A stretch of DNA of 64,000 nt from Candidatus Woesearchaeota archaeon (GTDB lineage: Archaea > Nanobdellota > Nanobdellia > Pacearchaeales > GW2011-AR1). Each line of letters starts with the position of its first letter. Position 1 is the first letter of the stretch. The position numbers and the translations under genes were made by a program. Below are positions 1 through 8,420 of this stretch, one piece after another. The notes beneath the pieces were generated by a model. The model searched no databases. It was not told where the DNA came from and was given only the letters and a program-made list of their open reading frames with translations. The stretch covers positions 8,640 to 72,639 of the forward strand of contig CAZHMB010000001.1 in NCBI GenBank assembly GCA_964533515.1, read 5' to 3'.

Positions 1-19
1 GTTAGAGGAGTTTATAAAA

Positions 20-751
20 TTAGGGTTTCGCTTTCTTCCACATCCAGTTGAAATATTTTCTATAAGACTCAGCTATTTCTTTGTTTTTTATTAGGATAAT
101 TGTGGGAATTTGTGTGGAAACATGAATGCTTACATAATCTCCGAAGATAGATGTTGTGGATTGTGTTGGAAAATCTACATACCTTGTTTTTATTGCTTTG
201 ATTTTTGTCATTGGATGGCCTTTGAATTTTTCAGCAGTTAACATTCTCCCGCGCATTCCTCTTTTTGTCATTAATTCCGCAAGTGCAGGTGCTTCATATA
301 ATAAATCATAAGCACGCCCAGTTGCACCGAAAGTTAAAAATTCATCATTTAATTTTTCAGCATAAAAATGCATGATATTTCTAAACCCTTCTTTCCCTTC
401 ATAGACATTTATCTCCACGGGGGAATTTTTTTGTTTTTTGATCTTTGAAATGTCTTTGATTAAATCCCCAATCAAAACTTCTTTCGCTTTTACATCGTTT
501 AGAAGATTGTCTGGAGTTGATGCTTTGAAGAATTTTTTGTTTTCTTTTACAACATAACTTACTTGGCCCTTTTCTATTAGATGATTTAGAACAGTATATG
601 TTAAAGTTCTGTCTATAGAGATATTTTTAGCAATTTGGTTTGCAGTTAATTCTCCTTTTTTTACTAGCTCTAAGTAAACCTTGGATTCATTTCCAGTAAG
701 TCCTGCTTGTTGTAGTTTTTCTTGTATGTCCATCTTGTTGTTATCAAACAT
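20..751 (-). CDS. TrmB-family transcriptional regulator (N-terminal wHTH plus effector domain)
   Basis: GLTxNESKVYLEL...ISIDRTLTYTVLNHLIEKGQVSY HTH, VYEGKEG linker. TATA position (763-770) favours ATG at 733 as the true start. Confidence 0.85.
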   Translation of the reverse strand: MFDNNKMDIQEKLQQAGLTGNESKVYLELVKKGELTANQIAKNISIDRTLTYTVLNHLIEKGQVSYVVKENKKFFKASTPDNLLNDVKAKEVLIGDLIKDISKIKKQKNSPVEINVYEGKEGFRNIMHFYAEKLNDEFLTFGATGRAYDLLYEAPALAELMTKRGMRGRMLTAEKFKGHPMTKIKAIKTRYVDFPTQSTTSIFGDYVSIHVSTQIPTIILIKNKEIAESYRKYFNWMWKKAKP

Positions 752-757
752 AACAAC
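737..757. promoter_or_regulatory. Palindromic operator candidate GTTGTTAT-N5-ATAACAAC
   Basis: Perfect 8-bp inverted repeat between the TATA box and the start of the TrmB-like gene. Confidence 0.55.
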
Positions 758-831
758 TTAAGTTTATAAGAGTTTCTGAGAGTTGCTATTTGTAGGTGGT
801 TGACTGCAGAGAATAGTTCTGGAAAAATAAG

Positions 832-1221
832 ATGGAAAAATTAGAATACAAATTGACCCCTGAATACCTAAGAGGAGCGTTAGAGAAGGCAAGAAAAGTT
901 CCTTTAGAAGATTGGACATTTTTAAAGACAGAAGAAGAACCATATGGAAAAGGAGAGCCGGTAGTAGAAGAAACAATAGTCACCAAACTGAATGGGGGAA
1001 CTGATTTAAGCATTATAGATAGGAAGTATTTCAGACGTATACTCTGTGATAAATCTTGTAGGGTAATTTTGGAAGGAGAGGACTTTAGGGCTGAATATAG
1101 GGGATCGAAAAATATTGATGAAGGATATGAACAAGTACACTCAGTTTACAATGGAATACAAGAAAGAATAAAGAATTGGAAAATGGCTGAGTTAAAGACA
1201 GAGTTAGGAATGACAAAATGA
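832..1221 (+). CDS. hypothetical protein
   Basis: 129-aa ORF with ATG start and protein-like composition, first of three co-oriented ORFs. Confidence 0.7.
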   Translation: MEKLEYKLTPEYLRGALEKARKVPLEDWTFLKTEEEPYGKGEPVVEETIVTKLNGGTDLSIIDRKYFRRILCDKSCRVILEGEDFRAEYRGSKNIDEGYEQVHSVYNGIQERIKNWKMAELKTELGMTK

Positions 1222-1240
1222 TAAAAAAATTAATGGAGAA

Positions 1241-1933
1241 ATGAAAATGATAAACCAAGAAGAAGAATCTAAACCAATTGAAATAGAAGGCTTTCCTTCA
1301 AGAGAACCAAATGTAGAATACGTTGGGGTCGTGCATGATGCGCGTGTTCCTACTGAAAGAATTATTGCTGGAAAGAGAATTAACTCTTGGAAGAGAACTT
1401 GCTGGCCACCTGTAATGGGTTGTGGAAGCAGAGCCCGAACAATTTCTGGGAGTCTTGCTTATATGGATTTTAAGGAAATTTCATTGAGCTACCTTACTAA
1501 ATATGGACATAACGAAGGGGATAGGGACCCTCTTGAATTTCCCCATCTCGGAGAAGATGCGTTAATGATTGAAATGTTTGGTATTGAGCCTGCTGAAGTA
1601 GAAAGATTTAGTGAAGCCCCTAACTGGATTGATCCCCCTCAAAAAAAAGTTTTGGGGGCATTGCTTAATAAATTGTCAGGGATAGCAATCAAAAGAGATA
1701 TTTTTCTTTTGGCAATAGCAACTGGAGGAATATATAATTTTTATTATGGTGGAAGAGTCGCTGAAACTCACGCAAGTTTGGTTTCTCAAATCTATAATAA
1801 TCAAAATACAGGAATCAATTTTAAACGATTTGCCAAAAAAAGTGGAAACCCGCTGAACTTTGTTTATGCTCCAAGGAAAAACGAACATTTGTGTTTGTAT
1901 GGAACAATTCCTAAAGAATCTGAGGAAGAATAA
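1241..1933 (+). CDS. hypothetical protein
   Basis: 230-aa ORF, GGAG upstream. Confidence 0.75.
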   Translation: MKMINQEEESKPIEIEGFPSREPNVEYVGVVHDARVPTERIIAGKRINSWKRTCWPPVMGCGSRARTISGSLAYMDFKEISLSYLTKYGHNEGDRDPLEFPHLGEDALMIEMFGIEPAEVERFSEAPNWIDPPQKKVLGALLNKLSGIAIKRDIFLLAIATGGIYNFYYGGRVAETHASLVSQIYNNQNTGINFKRFAKKSGNPLNFVYAPRKNEHLCLYGTIPKESEEE

Positions 1934-1934
1934 A

Positions 1935-2228
1935 ATGAAACAAGAAAATAAACCTCAAAGAGAAAGTGGAAAAAGCAAATTGATTAGATTCCTCAAAGAA
2001 GAATTAGAAGATACTCCTTTGAATAGCTTACTTGGAATTCCTACCGGTTTTCTTCTAGGTCTTGGTCTTGGGGCTACTGGAAAACATACGGGCCATTGGG
2101 AAATTCCTTGTATTTTGCCTGCTATAAATTTTGTCACAGTTGGTTTTCCTACAAATACGGGGGACCTCGCATACATTTTAGGCGTTGCTACAAATTATTT
2201 TCCAGAAATTATCCAGATGTACTCTTAA
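1935..2228 (+). CDS. small hypothetical membrane protein
   Basis: ATG 1 nt after upstream TAA (MKQENK...), hydrophobic Gly-rich segment LLGIPTGFLLGLGLG. Confidence 0.65.
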   Translation: MKQENKPQRESGKSKLIRFLKEELEDTPLNSLLGIPTGFLLGLGLGATGKHTGHWEIPCILPAINFVTVGFPTNTGDLAYILGVATNYFPEIIQMYS

Positions 2229-2233
2229 TTCTT

Positions 2234-4714
2234 TTACTCCAAATAAACGCCAACCATGCCGGGCCTTGCTTTTTTTGATTTGTTTTCTGGATCGTGTTTG
2301 TCTTTTTGGTTTGTCGCAAAGACATCAACTAACTTTCCTATTGTCTTACTAATCTTTTTCGCGTTTATCTTTTCAATTTCGGAAGGGATCGCATAAAGAT
2401 AAATCTTCTCTTTGTCCGCAAACTTTTCAACGATCGGTTTTATCTGGTTTATTATTTTTTCAGTTAGATCTTCTTTCGAAGCCGACTTCTTTTTTATTTT
2501 TGACTTGCCGGCTTCTGGCCATTTTGATTTTGAGATAAAATTTTTTCCTGTTTTATTGTTCCCAATCTTTTCCCAAAGCTCTTCAGCAATATGTGGGCAG
2601 AACGGGGAAAGAAGTTTCAAAGAGGATTCTAAAGTTTTCTTTGAAACTTGTTTTTGCTCGGCAATTAAATCAAATAATTCTCTTAGTTGGATTGTTGCTC
2701 TACGATATTCATAGATTCCCTCTATATCTTGAGTGATATCTTTAATTGATTGGTTAATCTTTACTATCATCTCCTCGCTGTCTTTTCCGATTTTTATCTT
2801 TTGAATGGTTTCAATAACTTTTTTTAAAAATTTTAGGCTACCCTGAATACCTGATTCAGACCAATCCCTTGGTTTATCTGGTGAAGCTAAAGAAAGAAGG
2901 AAGAATCTTGCAGTGTCCATCCCGTAACTTTCAGAGACAGTATCTGGATTTATTACATTTCCTTTTGATTTTGACATCTTTTCTCCGTCAGGACCATGTA
3001 ACATTCCCTGATTGAATAAAGACAAGAAGGGTTCATCAAAATTAAGAAAACCCAGGTCTCTCAAAACTTTCGTGAAGAATCGTGCATAAATCAAATGCAA
3101 GCAAGCATGTTCTGCCCCACCAATGTATTGGTCTACTGGTAGCCATTCTTTTATCTTTTTCTTATCAAAAGGTTCTTTATTATTTTTATTGTCGGGATAT
3201 CTCAAGAAATACCAAGAAGAATCAAAGAAAGTGTCCATTGTTTCTGTTTCTCTTTTTGCGTTCCCTTTACATTTTGGACATTTCGCATTTATCCATTCTT
3301 TGTTTGTTTCTAATGGATTTCCTTTACCGAATTTGACTTTCTCTGGAAGTTTAACAGGTAAATCTTTTTCAGGGACAGGAACGGCGCCACATTTTTCACA
3401 ATTAATTATCGGTATTGGAGTTCCCCAATATCTCTGTCGAGAGAATCCCCAATCTCTTAATTTATAATTAATTACTTTTCTCGCCAGCTCTTTTCTTTCA
3501 AGATCTTTAGTGATTATATCTTTTGCAAGTTCATTGTCACATGTCAGCTTTCCAGAATTAACCATCTGGCCTTCTCCAGTATAAGCCCTCGTTAAAGTTT
3601 CTCCTTTTAAATTTGTATGAATCTCCGGATCTGGATTAATAACAATCTTAATAGGAATTCCATATTTCTTAGCAAATTCGAAATCTCTTTGGTCATGTGC
3701 TGGAACTGCCATAACCATCCCGCTTCCATAATCAGCGACGACAAAGTTTCCTGCATAAACAGGGACTTTTTCATTTGTCGCAGGATTAATCGCATAACTC
3801 CCTGTGAAAACTCCTTCTTTTTCTAAAGTCTCTAATTCTTTTTCTGAGACAGAACCTATTTTCTTGAGAAATTTTTCAACTTTCTTTTTCTGTTCTTTTG
3901 TAACGAGAGTCATTAACTCCGGATGCTGTGCAGCAACTACCATAAATGTTACTCCAAAAATTGTATCTGGCCTTGTTGTGAATATCGGCCAGGTTTTTCC
4001 ATTAATCTCAAAGTCAATTTCAGTTCCGTGAGATTTTCCTATCCAATTTTTTTGCATTGACTTTATCTTTTCTGGCCAATTTAAATCTTTCAAGCCAGAC
4101 AATAATTCATCTGCATATTTTGTTGTTTTCAAATACCATTCATCAAGATGCTTTATCTCAATCTTGCTTTCACACCTTTCACAAATCCCTCCCTGAGACT
4201 GTTCGTTTGATATAACCGTTTTACAAGAAGGACACCAATTCACAGCTGCCTTTTTTCTATAAACTAATCCTGCTTCTAAAAACTTCAAGAAGAAATATTG
4301 ATTCCATTTATAATATTCTGGGGCCATAGTAGAAATTGTCTTTGACCAATCATAACTTACTCCTAATTCCTTCATTTGTCGAATATAATTCTTTATCGCT
4401 TTTTCTATGAACGGCCTTGGGTGTTCGCCTGCTTTTATTGCTGCATTTTCTGCTGGTAGACCAAGAGCGTCAAAGCCCATCGGATATAAAACATTAAAAT
4501 CATTCATTCTTTTGAATCTTGCAAAGACATCTCCAATAGAATAATTAAGAGCATGGCCCATATGCAAACCTGCAGAAGAGGGATAGGGGAACATTTCAAG
4601 AACATAATACTTCTTCTTTTTTGAATTTTCAGAAACTTCAAAAGCCTTCTCTTTCTCCCAAGCCTTTTGCCACTTCTTTTCAATCTTGCTGAAATTTATT
4701 TCTTTTTCTTCCAT
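2234..4714 (-). CDS. leuS: leucyl-tRNA synthetase (bacterial-type N-terminus)
   Basis: MFPYPS..LHMGH (HIGH), KMSKS, FTTRPDT editing motif, LRDWGFSRQRYWGTPIP. Confidence 0.97.
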   Translation of the reverse strand: MEEKEINFSKIEKKWQKAWEKEKAFEVSENSKKKKYYVLEMFPYPSSAGLHMGHALNYSIGDVFARFKRMNDFNVLYPMGFDALGLPAENAAIKAGEHPRPFIEKAIKNYIRQMKELGVSYDWSKTISTMAPEYYKWNQYFFLKFLEAGLVYRKKAAVNWCPSCKTVISNEQSQGGICERCESKIEIKHLDEWYLKTTKYADELLSGLKDLNWPEKIKSMQKNWIGKSHGTEIDFEINGKTWPIFTTRPDTIFGVTFMVVAAQHPELMTLVTKEQKKKVEKFLKKIGSVSEKELETLEKEGVFTGSYAINPATNEKVPVYAGNFVVADYGSGMVMAVPAHDQRDFEFAKKYGIPIKIVINPDPEIHTNLKGETLTRAYTGEGQMVNSGKLTCDNELAKDIITKDLERKELARKVINYKLRDWGFSRQRYWGTPIPIINCEKCGAVPVPEKDLPVKLPEKVKFGKGNPLETNKEWINAKCPKCKGNAKRETETMDTFFDSSWYFLRYPDNKNNKEPFDKKKIKEWLPVDQYIGGAEHACLHLIYARFFTKVLRDLGFLNFDEPFLSLFNQGMLHGPDGEKMSKSKGNVINPDTVSESYGMDTARFFLLSLASPDKPRDWSESGIQGSLKFLKKVIETIQKIKIGKDSEEMIVKINQSIKDITQDIEGIYEYRRATIQLRELFDLIAEQKQVSKKTLESSLKLLSPFCPHIAEELWEKIGNNKTGKNFISKSKWPEAGKSKIKKKSASKEDLTEKIINQIKPIVEKFADKEKIYLYAIPSEIEKINAKKISKTIGKLVDVFATNQKDKHDPENKSKKARPGMVGVYLE

Positions 4715-4744
4715 GTTCTTTTATGAATAAGCTAGTTTTTAAAA

Positions 4745-5023
4745 TTAATCACAAACAAATTTCCTAAATGCCTCCCTTGTTTCTTCAGTTTTTTCTTTTG
4801 TGGTGAGAAAACAGGGATCGAAGTCTAAAACTTCTATGTCGAATTCTTCGCCGATAGGGGGCCTGTGTTCTGTTCTAATATATACTGCATTCTTTGCAAC
4901 GAGGCAATTGGGACCAGCCATAAAGGAGTATTTTTCGCAGGATCCATTTCGTCTAAGAGTAGCATAAAAAAATCCGGGATAAAATCTTGATTTTTCAATC
5001 TCTGCGGATTCTATAACTTTCAT
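4745..5023 (-). CDS. hypothetical protein
   Basis: 92-aa ATG ORF with TATA-like tract upstream. Confidence 0.55.
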   Translation of the reverse strand: MKVIESAEIEKSRFYPGFFYATLRRNGSCEKYSFMAGPNCLVAKNAVYIRTEHRPPIGEEFDIEVLDFDPCFLTTKEKTEETREAFRKFVCD

Positions 5024-5246
5024 CGTCTAGACTTATAAAAACCGCCTGCAAATTTAATTAGGATATATTTTTTGTAAGTCATTTTTCTTGAAAGAAGTTA
5101 GAAAAATAACTCTCTATAAAATTAAGAGAGTTAAGACTAGCACGACTAGAATTGTCAAATTCATCTTGTTGAATTTTTGTGCCAGTTTCATACTGTTAAT
5201 TCAAGTAAACCCATATTTTTAAATATTGTTGTTTTGTAGGTTATAT

Positions 5247-5777
5247 ATGCTTAAAGGAAAATTCCCGATTAATTTGACTAAAGAGGTTCTTACTAGCAAT
5301 AGCTCGGAGGCTTTTTCGCTGTATGATAAAAGTTGTTTTGGTGAACCCTCTAAAGGCAAAGATAAAATTTCTTATGGGTATTCAGAGGCTGTTTATTTAG
5401 TGGAGACTAAGAAAGCGGAAGTTTTTTCTGGTAAAAAGAAAATTGATGTAAAAGAACTGATGAAGAAACTTTCAAGGGTTGATAAGAAAATTTATATTAA
5501 ATATCCTGTATATAGCGACTTGAGGGAAAAGGGTTACATTGTTAAAACGGCTTTGAAGTTTGGTGCGGACTTTAGAGTTTATCCGAAAGGGAAACGTCCG
5601 GGGAATGCTCATGCGAAATGGGTTGTTTTTGTTGATCACGAAGCCGCTAAGACGAACTGGCAAGAATTTTCTGCGAAGAACAGGGTCGCACATAGCACAA
5701 AGAAAAAACTTTTATTGGGAATAGTAGATTCGGAGGAGGATGTTACATATTACGAGGTGGGGTGGGTGAGGCCGTAA
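5247..5777 (+). CDS. endA: tRNA-intron lyase (tRNA splicing endonuclease), single catalytic unit
   Basis: VYSDLREKGYIVKTALKFGADFRVY, catalytic Tyr/His/Lys (VY..HAKW..RVAHSTKKK). ATG 5247 lies ~30 nt after TTTTTAAA. Confidence 0.93.
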   Translation: MLKGKFPINLTKEVLTSNSSEAFSLYDKSCFGEPSKGKDKISYGYSEAVYLVETKKAEVFSGKKKIDVKELMKKLSRVDKKIYIKYPVYSDLREKGYIVKTALKFGADFRVYPKGKRPGNAHAKWVVFVDHEAAKTNWQEFSAKNRVAHSTKKKLLLGIVDSEEDVTYYEVGWVRP

Positions 5778-5778
5778 A

Positions 5779-5991
5779 ATGTTCGGGAAAATAAAATCCA
5801 TGAAACCTTGGAAACAAATTTCTTTTGCTATTCTAATTGCTTTTGCAGTCATATCTTTTTGGAGAGGGATTTGGGGTTTGCTTGACGAATATCTTTTTCC
5901 TTCAAGTATGGAATTAAGTTTATGGATATCTGTTTTGATTGGGTTGGTAATTCTTATTGTTACACATTATACTACTAAAGAATTGATGTGA
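5779..5991 (+). CDS. small two-TM membrane protein
   Basis: FWRGIWGLLD motif between two hydrophobic helices, coupled to endA. Confidence 0.75.
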   Translation: MFGKIKSMKPWKQISFAILIAFAVISFWRGIWGLLDEYLFPSSMELSLWISVLIGLVILIVTHYTTKELM

Positions 5992-6051
5992 GTTAGTTTC
6001 ATTTTATCTCCACAATCTTTATAACTTTGACATCTCTTGAAATTTTGTAAA

Positions 6052-6927
6052 ATGCCTCAACGAGATACATTGCCTACAAAAGAAAAGATTTTGGAAATTC
6101 TCAGATTAAAAGGTCCTAGCTTGCCGGTCAGAATAGCGAGGGAAATAAATACAGATGGTTTATTCGCTTCTGCATTTTTATCCGAATTGATTTCAAATAA
6201 GAAAGTTAAAATAAGTAATATGCGGGTTGGAAATTCTCCGCTTTATTTTTTGCCCGGTCAAGAAGACCAACTTGAAAATTTTTCGGAGCATATTAAAGGA
6301 AGAGAAAGAGAGGCATTTGATTTATTGAAAGAGAAAAGTTTTTTGAAGGATGATGAACAGCACCCCGCAATCCGTGTCGCCCTTAGATCAATTCGTGATT
6401 TTGCTATTCCATTTAGAGATAGTGAGGAGAATATCATTTGGAGATTTTTTAAAGTTAGTCAAGAAGATTTTGGGAGAGTGGTTGAAGAGAAAAAGTCTGA
6501 AAAAGACTTGGGAATTTTTGAGGGCCGGGGAGATATGGAAGAAGAGATTCCTAAAAAAGTCGAGAAGCCAAAAATTATTGATGGGCCAAAAGTGAAAAAA
6601 TCCGTTAAGAAAAAAGTCTCAACAAAGAGCGACAAGTTCTTTAACATAGTTAAGGAATTTCTCGAGAAAAGAAACATGGGGATAGTTGGTATCGAAGGTA
6701 TGAGCAAAACAGATTTAATTTTGAAAATAAAGTCTGGTGGGGAGGAGAAAACCCTTGTGGCATTTAACAAAAAAAGGATTAATGATGCTGATTTGATTAA
6801 AGCTTACAAGAAGGCGTCTGAATATAAGAGAAAATTTTTGGTTCTTAGCAAAGGCGGGGCATTGAAGAAACTCGAGGAACTTATTGAAGCTGCTAAGGGT
6901 CTTGAAAGCCTTGAGAAAATAGAATAG
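6052..6927 (+). CDS. hypothetical protein with N-terminal wHTH-like domain
   Basis: ILEILRLKGPSLPVRIAREI...SAFLSEL wHTH-like pattern, long ORF after TATA. Confidence 0.8.
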   Translation: MPQRDTLPTKEKILEILRLKGPSLPVRIAREINTDGLFASAFLSELISNKKVKISNMRVGNSPLYFLPGQEDQLENFSEHIKGREREAFDLLKEKSFLKDDEQHPAIRVALRSIRDFAIPFRDSEENIIWRFFKVSQEDFGRVVEEKKSEKDLGIFEGRGDMEEEIPKKVEKPKIIDGPKVKKSVKKKVSTKSDKFFNIVKEFLEKRNMGIVGIEGMSKTDLILKIKSGGEEKTLVAFNKKRINDADLIKAYKKASEYKRKFLVLSKGGALKKLEELIEAAKGLESLEKIE

Positions 6928-6961
6928 TAACTTTTAAAAAGCCTCGGCAAGAGATTAAAAT

Positions 6962-7171
6962 ATGGGAAAGATAAAAACGCGTTTAGTGAAGAGAACTGCA
7001 AGAACTCTATTTGGAAAAGACTTTCCGTTTACAGAGGATTTCGCAGAGAATAAAAAGATTCTTGGAATGGACATGCCAAGTAAGAAAATTAGAAATCAAA
7101 TTGCAGGATATTTGTCTAGATTGAAAAGGCAAGATAATGCTAGACTTAAATCTTTAAGTGTTGAAGAATAA
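6962..7171 (+). CDS. rps17e: 30S ribosomal protein S17e
   Basis: MGKIKT..VKR, FTEDFAENK, SKKIRNQIAGY. Confidence 0.95.
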   Translation: MGKIKTRLVKRTARTLFGKDFPFTEDFAENKKILGMDMPSKKIRNQIAGYLSRLKRQDNARLKSLSVEE

Positions 7172-7174
7172 AAA

Positions 7175-7426
7175 TTATTTTTTCTTGTTTGAGTTTTTCA
7201 GAAGTTTATCAATTTTTTTCTCAACCCTTTGCAAATCTCCACGTATTGTGTAAAGTGCTTTCCTTTTTTTTCTGTTGACTATTAAATTTATCACTTGAAA
7301 GACTATCCAGAGGAATATTATTACTCCTGCCGCGCTTAGCCAGAGGGCTATTCTTCCAAGATTCCCTATTAGCCATAGCGGAACCTCTACTACGTTGCTG
7401 GCGTTTATCACCTCACCTACTACCAT
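7175..7426 (-). CDS. hypothetical single-TM protein
   Basis: One TM helix followed by basic coiled tail. Confidence 0.7.
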   Translation of the reverse strand: MVVGEVINASNVVEVPLWLIGNLGRIALWLSAAGVIIFLWIVFQVINLIVNRKKRKALYTIRGDLQRVEKKIDKLLKNSNKKK

Positions 7427-7505
7427 GGCTTAGTTAATATAATGAGATTTATAAAACTTGGGGAAACCCAAAACTTTTAAACTGTTCAAATCTGTGAAAT
7501 GTTAT

Positions 7506-7578
7506 GGCTCTGTAGCTCAGTGTTTAGAGCGCTGCTCTCATGAGGCAGAGGCCGGGAGTTAAAATCTCCCCAGAGCCA
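7506..7578 (+). tRNA. tRNA with CAU anticodon (elongator Met or Ile2)
   Basis: Cloverleaf GGCTCTG/CAGAGCC, D stem GCTC/GAGC, anticodon arm CTGCT-CTCATGA-GGCAG, T arm GGGAG-TTAAAAT-CTCCC. No encoded CCA, no initiator hallmarks. Confidence 0.9.
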
Positions 7579-7592
7579 TATTTATCTAAATA

Positions 7593-8003
7593 TCATTCTA
7601 AATTCTTTTTTATCTTTTCTGTAATTTCTTTCATTTCTTCGTCAGAAAGTTTTGGAATAGGATTTGTTATCTTTGTGAAACCTTCTTTTGATAGGGGACA
7701 TACTTTAATGTGAACATGCTCAAATTCTAAACCTTCAACAAGCAAACCCGTCTTCAGAGGTTTCATTGTTTTGTCCACCGCTTTTGCGATCTTCTTTGAG
7801 ACAATCATTAAACTCGAATAAATTTTATCGTCCAAATCAAATAGCCAGGGAGCAAGATGTTGTTTAGGAATAACTAATGTTTGACCCTTTGAAAATGGAA
7901 ATGCGTCCAGAAACGCTATAGAAAAGTCATCCTCATATATTTTGTAACATGAAATCTCCCCTTTGACAATTTTGCAAAAAATACAATCTTCTTTTTGTCC
8001 CAT
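7593..8003 (-). CDS. HIT family nucleotide hydrolase
   Basis: DCIFCKIVKGEI, GQTLVIPKQH, HVHIK variant of the histidine triad. Confidence 0.9.
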   Translation of the reverse strand: MGQKEDCIFCKIVKGEISCYKIYEDDFSIAFLDAFPFSKGQTLVIPKQHLAPWLFDLDDKIYSSLMIVSKKIAKAVDKTMKPLKTGLLVEGLEFEHVHIKVCPLSKEGFTKITNPIPKLSDEEMKEITEKIKKNLE

Positions 8004-8118
8004 GTCCAAATAACCTCTCTGAACTTTAAATACTTTTTTATAAAAAAATAAAAAAAGAATCAACGCCTTCTCTTTCAATAAGTCCCTAATAAATAAAAAA
8101 TAAAAATCTTGCTAAGAC

Positions 8119-8295
8119 TTATCTTCTTTTTTTCTTAGCTTTCTTCTTAGCTTTCTTCTTAGCTTTCTTCTTAGCTTTCTTCTTAGCTTTCTTCTTAGCT
8201 TTCTTTTTCACAGCTTTCTTTTTCACAGCTTTCTTTTTCACAGCTTTCTTTTTCACAGCTTTCTTCTTAACTGCTTTTTTCTTTTTTGCGGCCAT
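8119..8295 (-). CDS. 58-aa Lys/Ala-rich repeat protein MAAKKKK(AVKKK)5(AKKK)6RR, histone-H1-tail-like
   Basis: Translated by hand (below ORF-track cutoff): ATG 8295, TAA 8121-8119, SD-like GAGGTG at 8309-8304. Confidence 0.85.
   Translation of the reverse strand: MAAKKKKAVKKKAVKKKAVKKKAVKKKAVKKKAKKKAKKKAKKKAKKKAKKKAKKKRR
8134..8270. repeat. Coding tandem repeats (12-bp and 15-bp units)
   Basis: (tttcttcttagc)x5 then (tttctttttcacagc)x4, both multiples of 3. Confidence 0.95.
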
Positions 8296-8420
8296 TATAA
8301 AAACACCTCTTTTTAATTAGTTATACTAAGAATTAATTGTTTAAAAACTCTTCGGTGAAATTGAAATTGAAATTTTTCAAAAATAAAAAGATAACTTTGC
8401 CGACGGAAAAATTAAGAATA

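Noticed and set aside
8134..8270. Tandem repeats as a CRISPR array
   Set aside because: No unique spacers, units are 12 and 15 bp and encode an open Lys/Ala frame, no cas genes.
8354..8380. AAATTGAAATTTTT as a fifth copy of the ribosomal spacer element
   Set aside because: Lacks the CATTTT part, mini-ORF and downstream start, likely AT-rich background.
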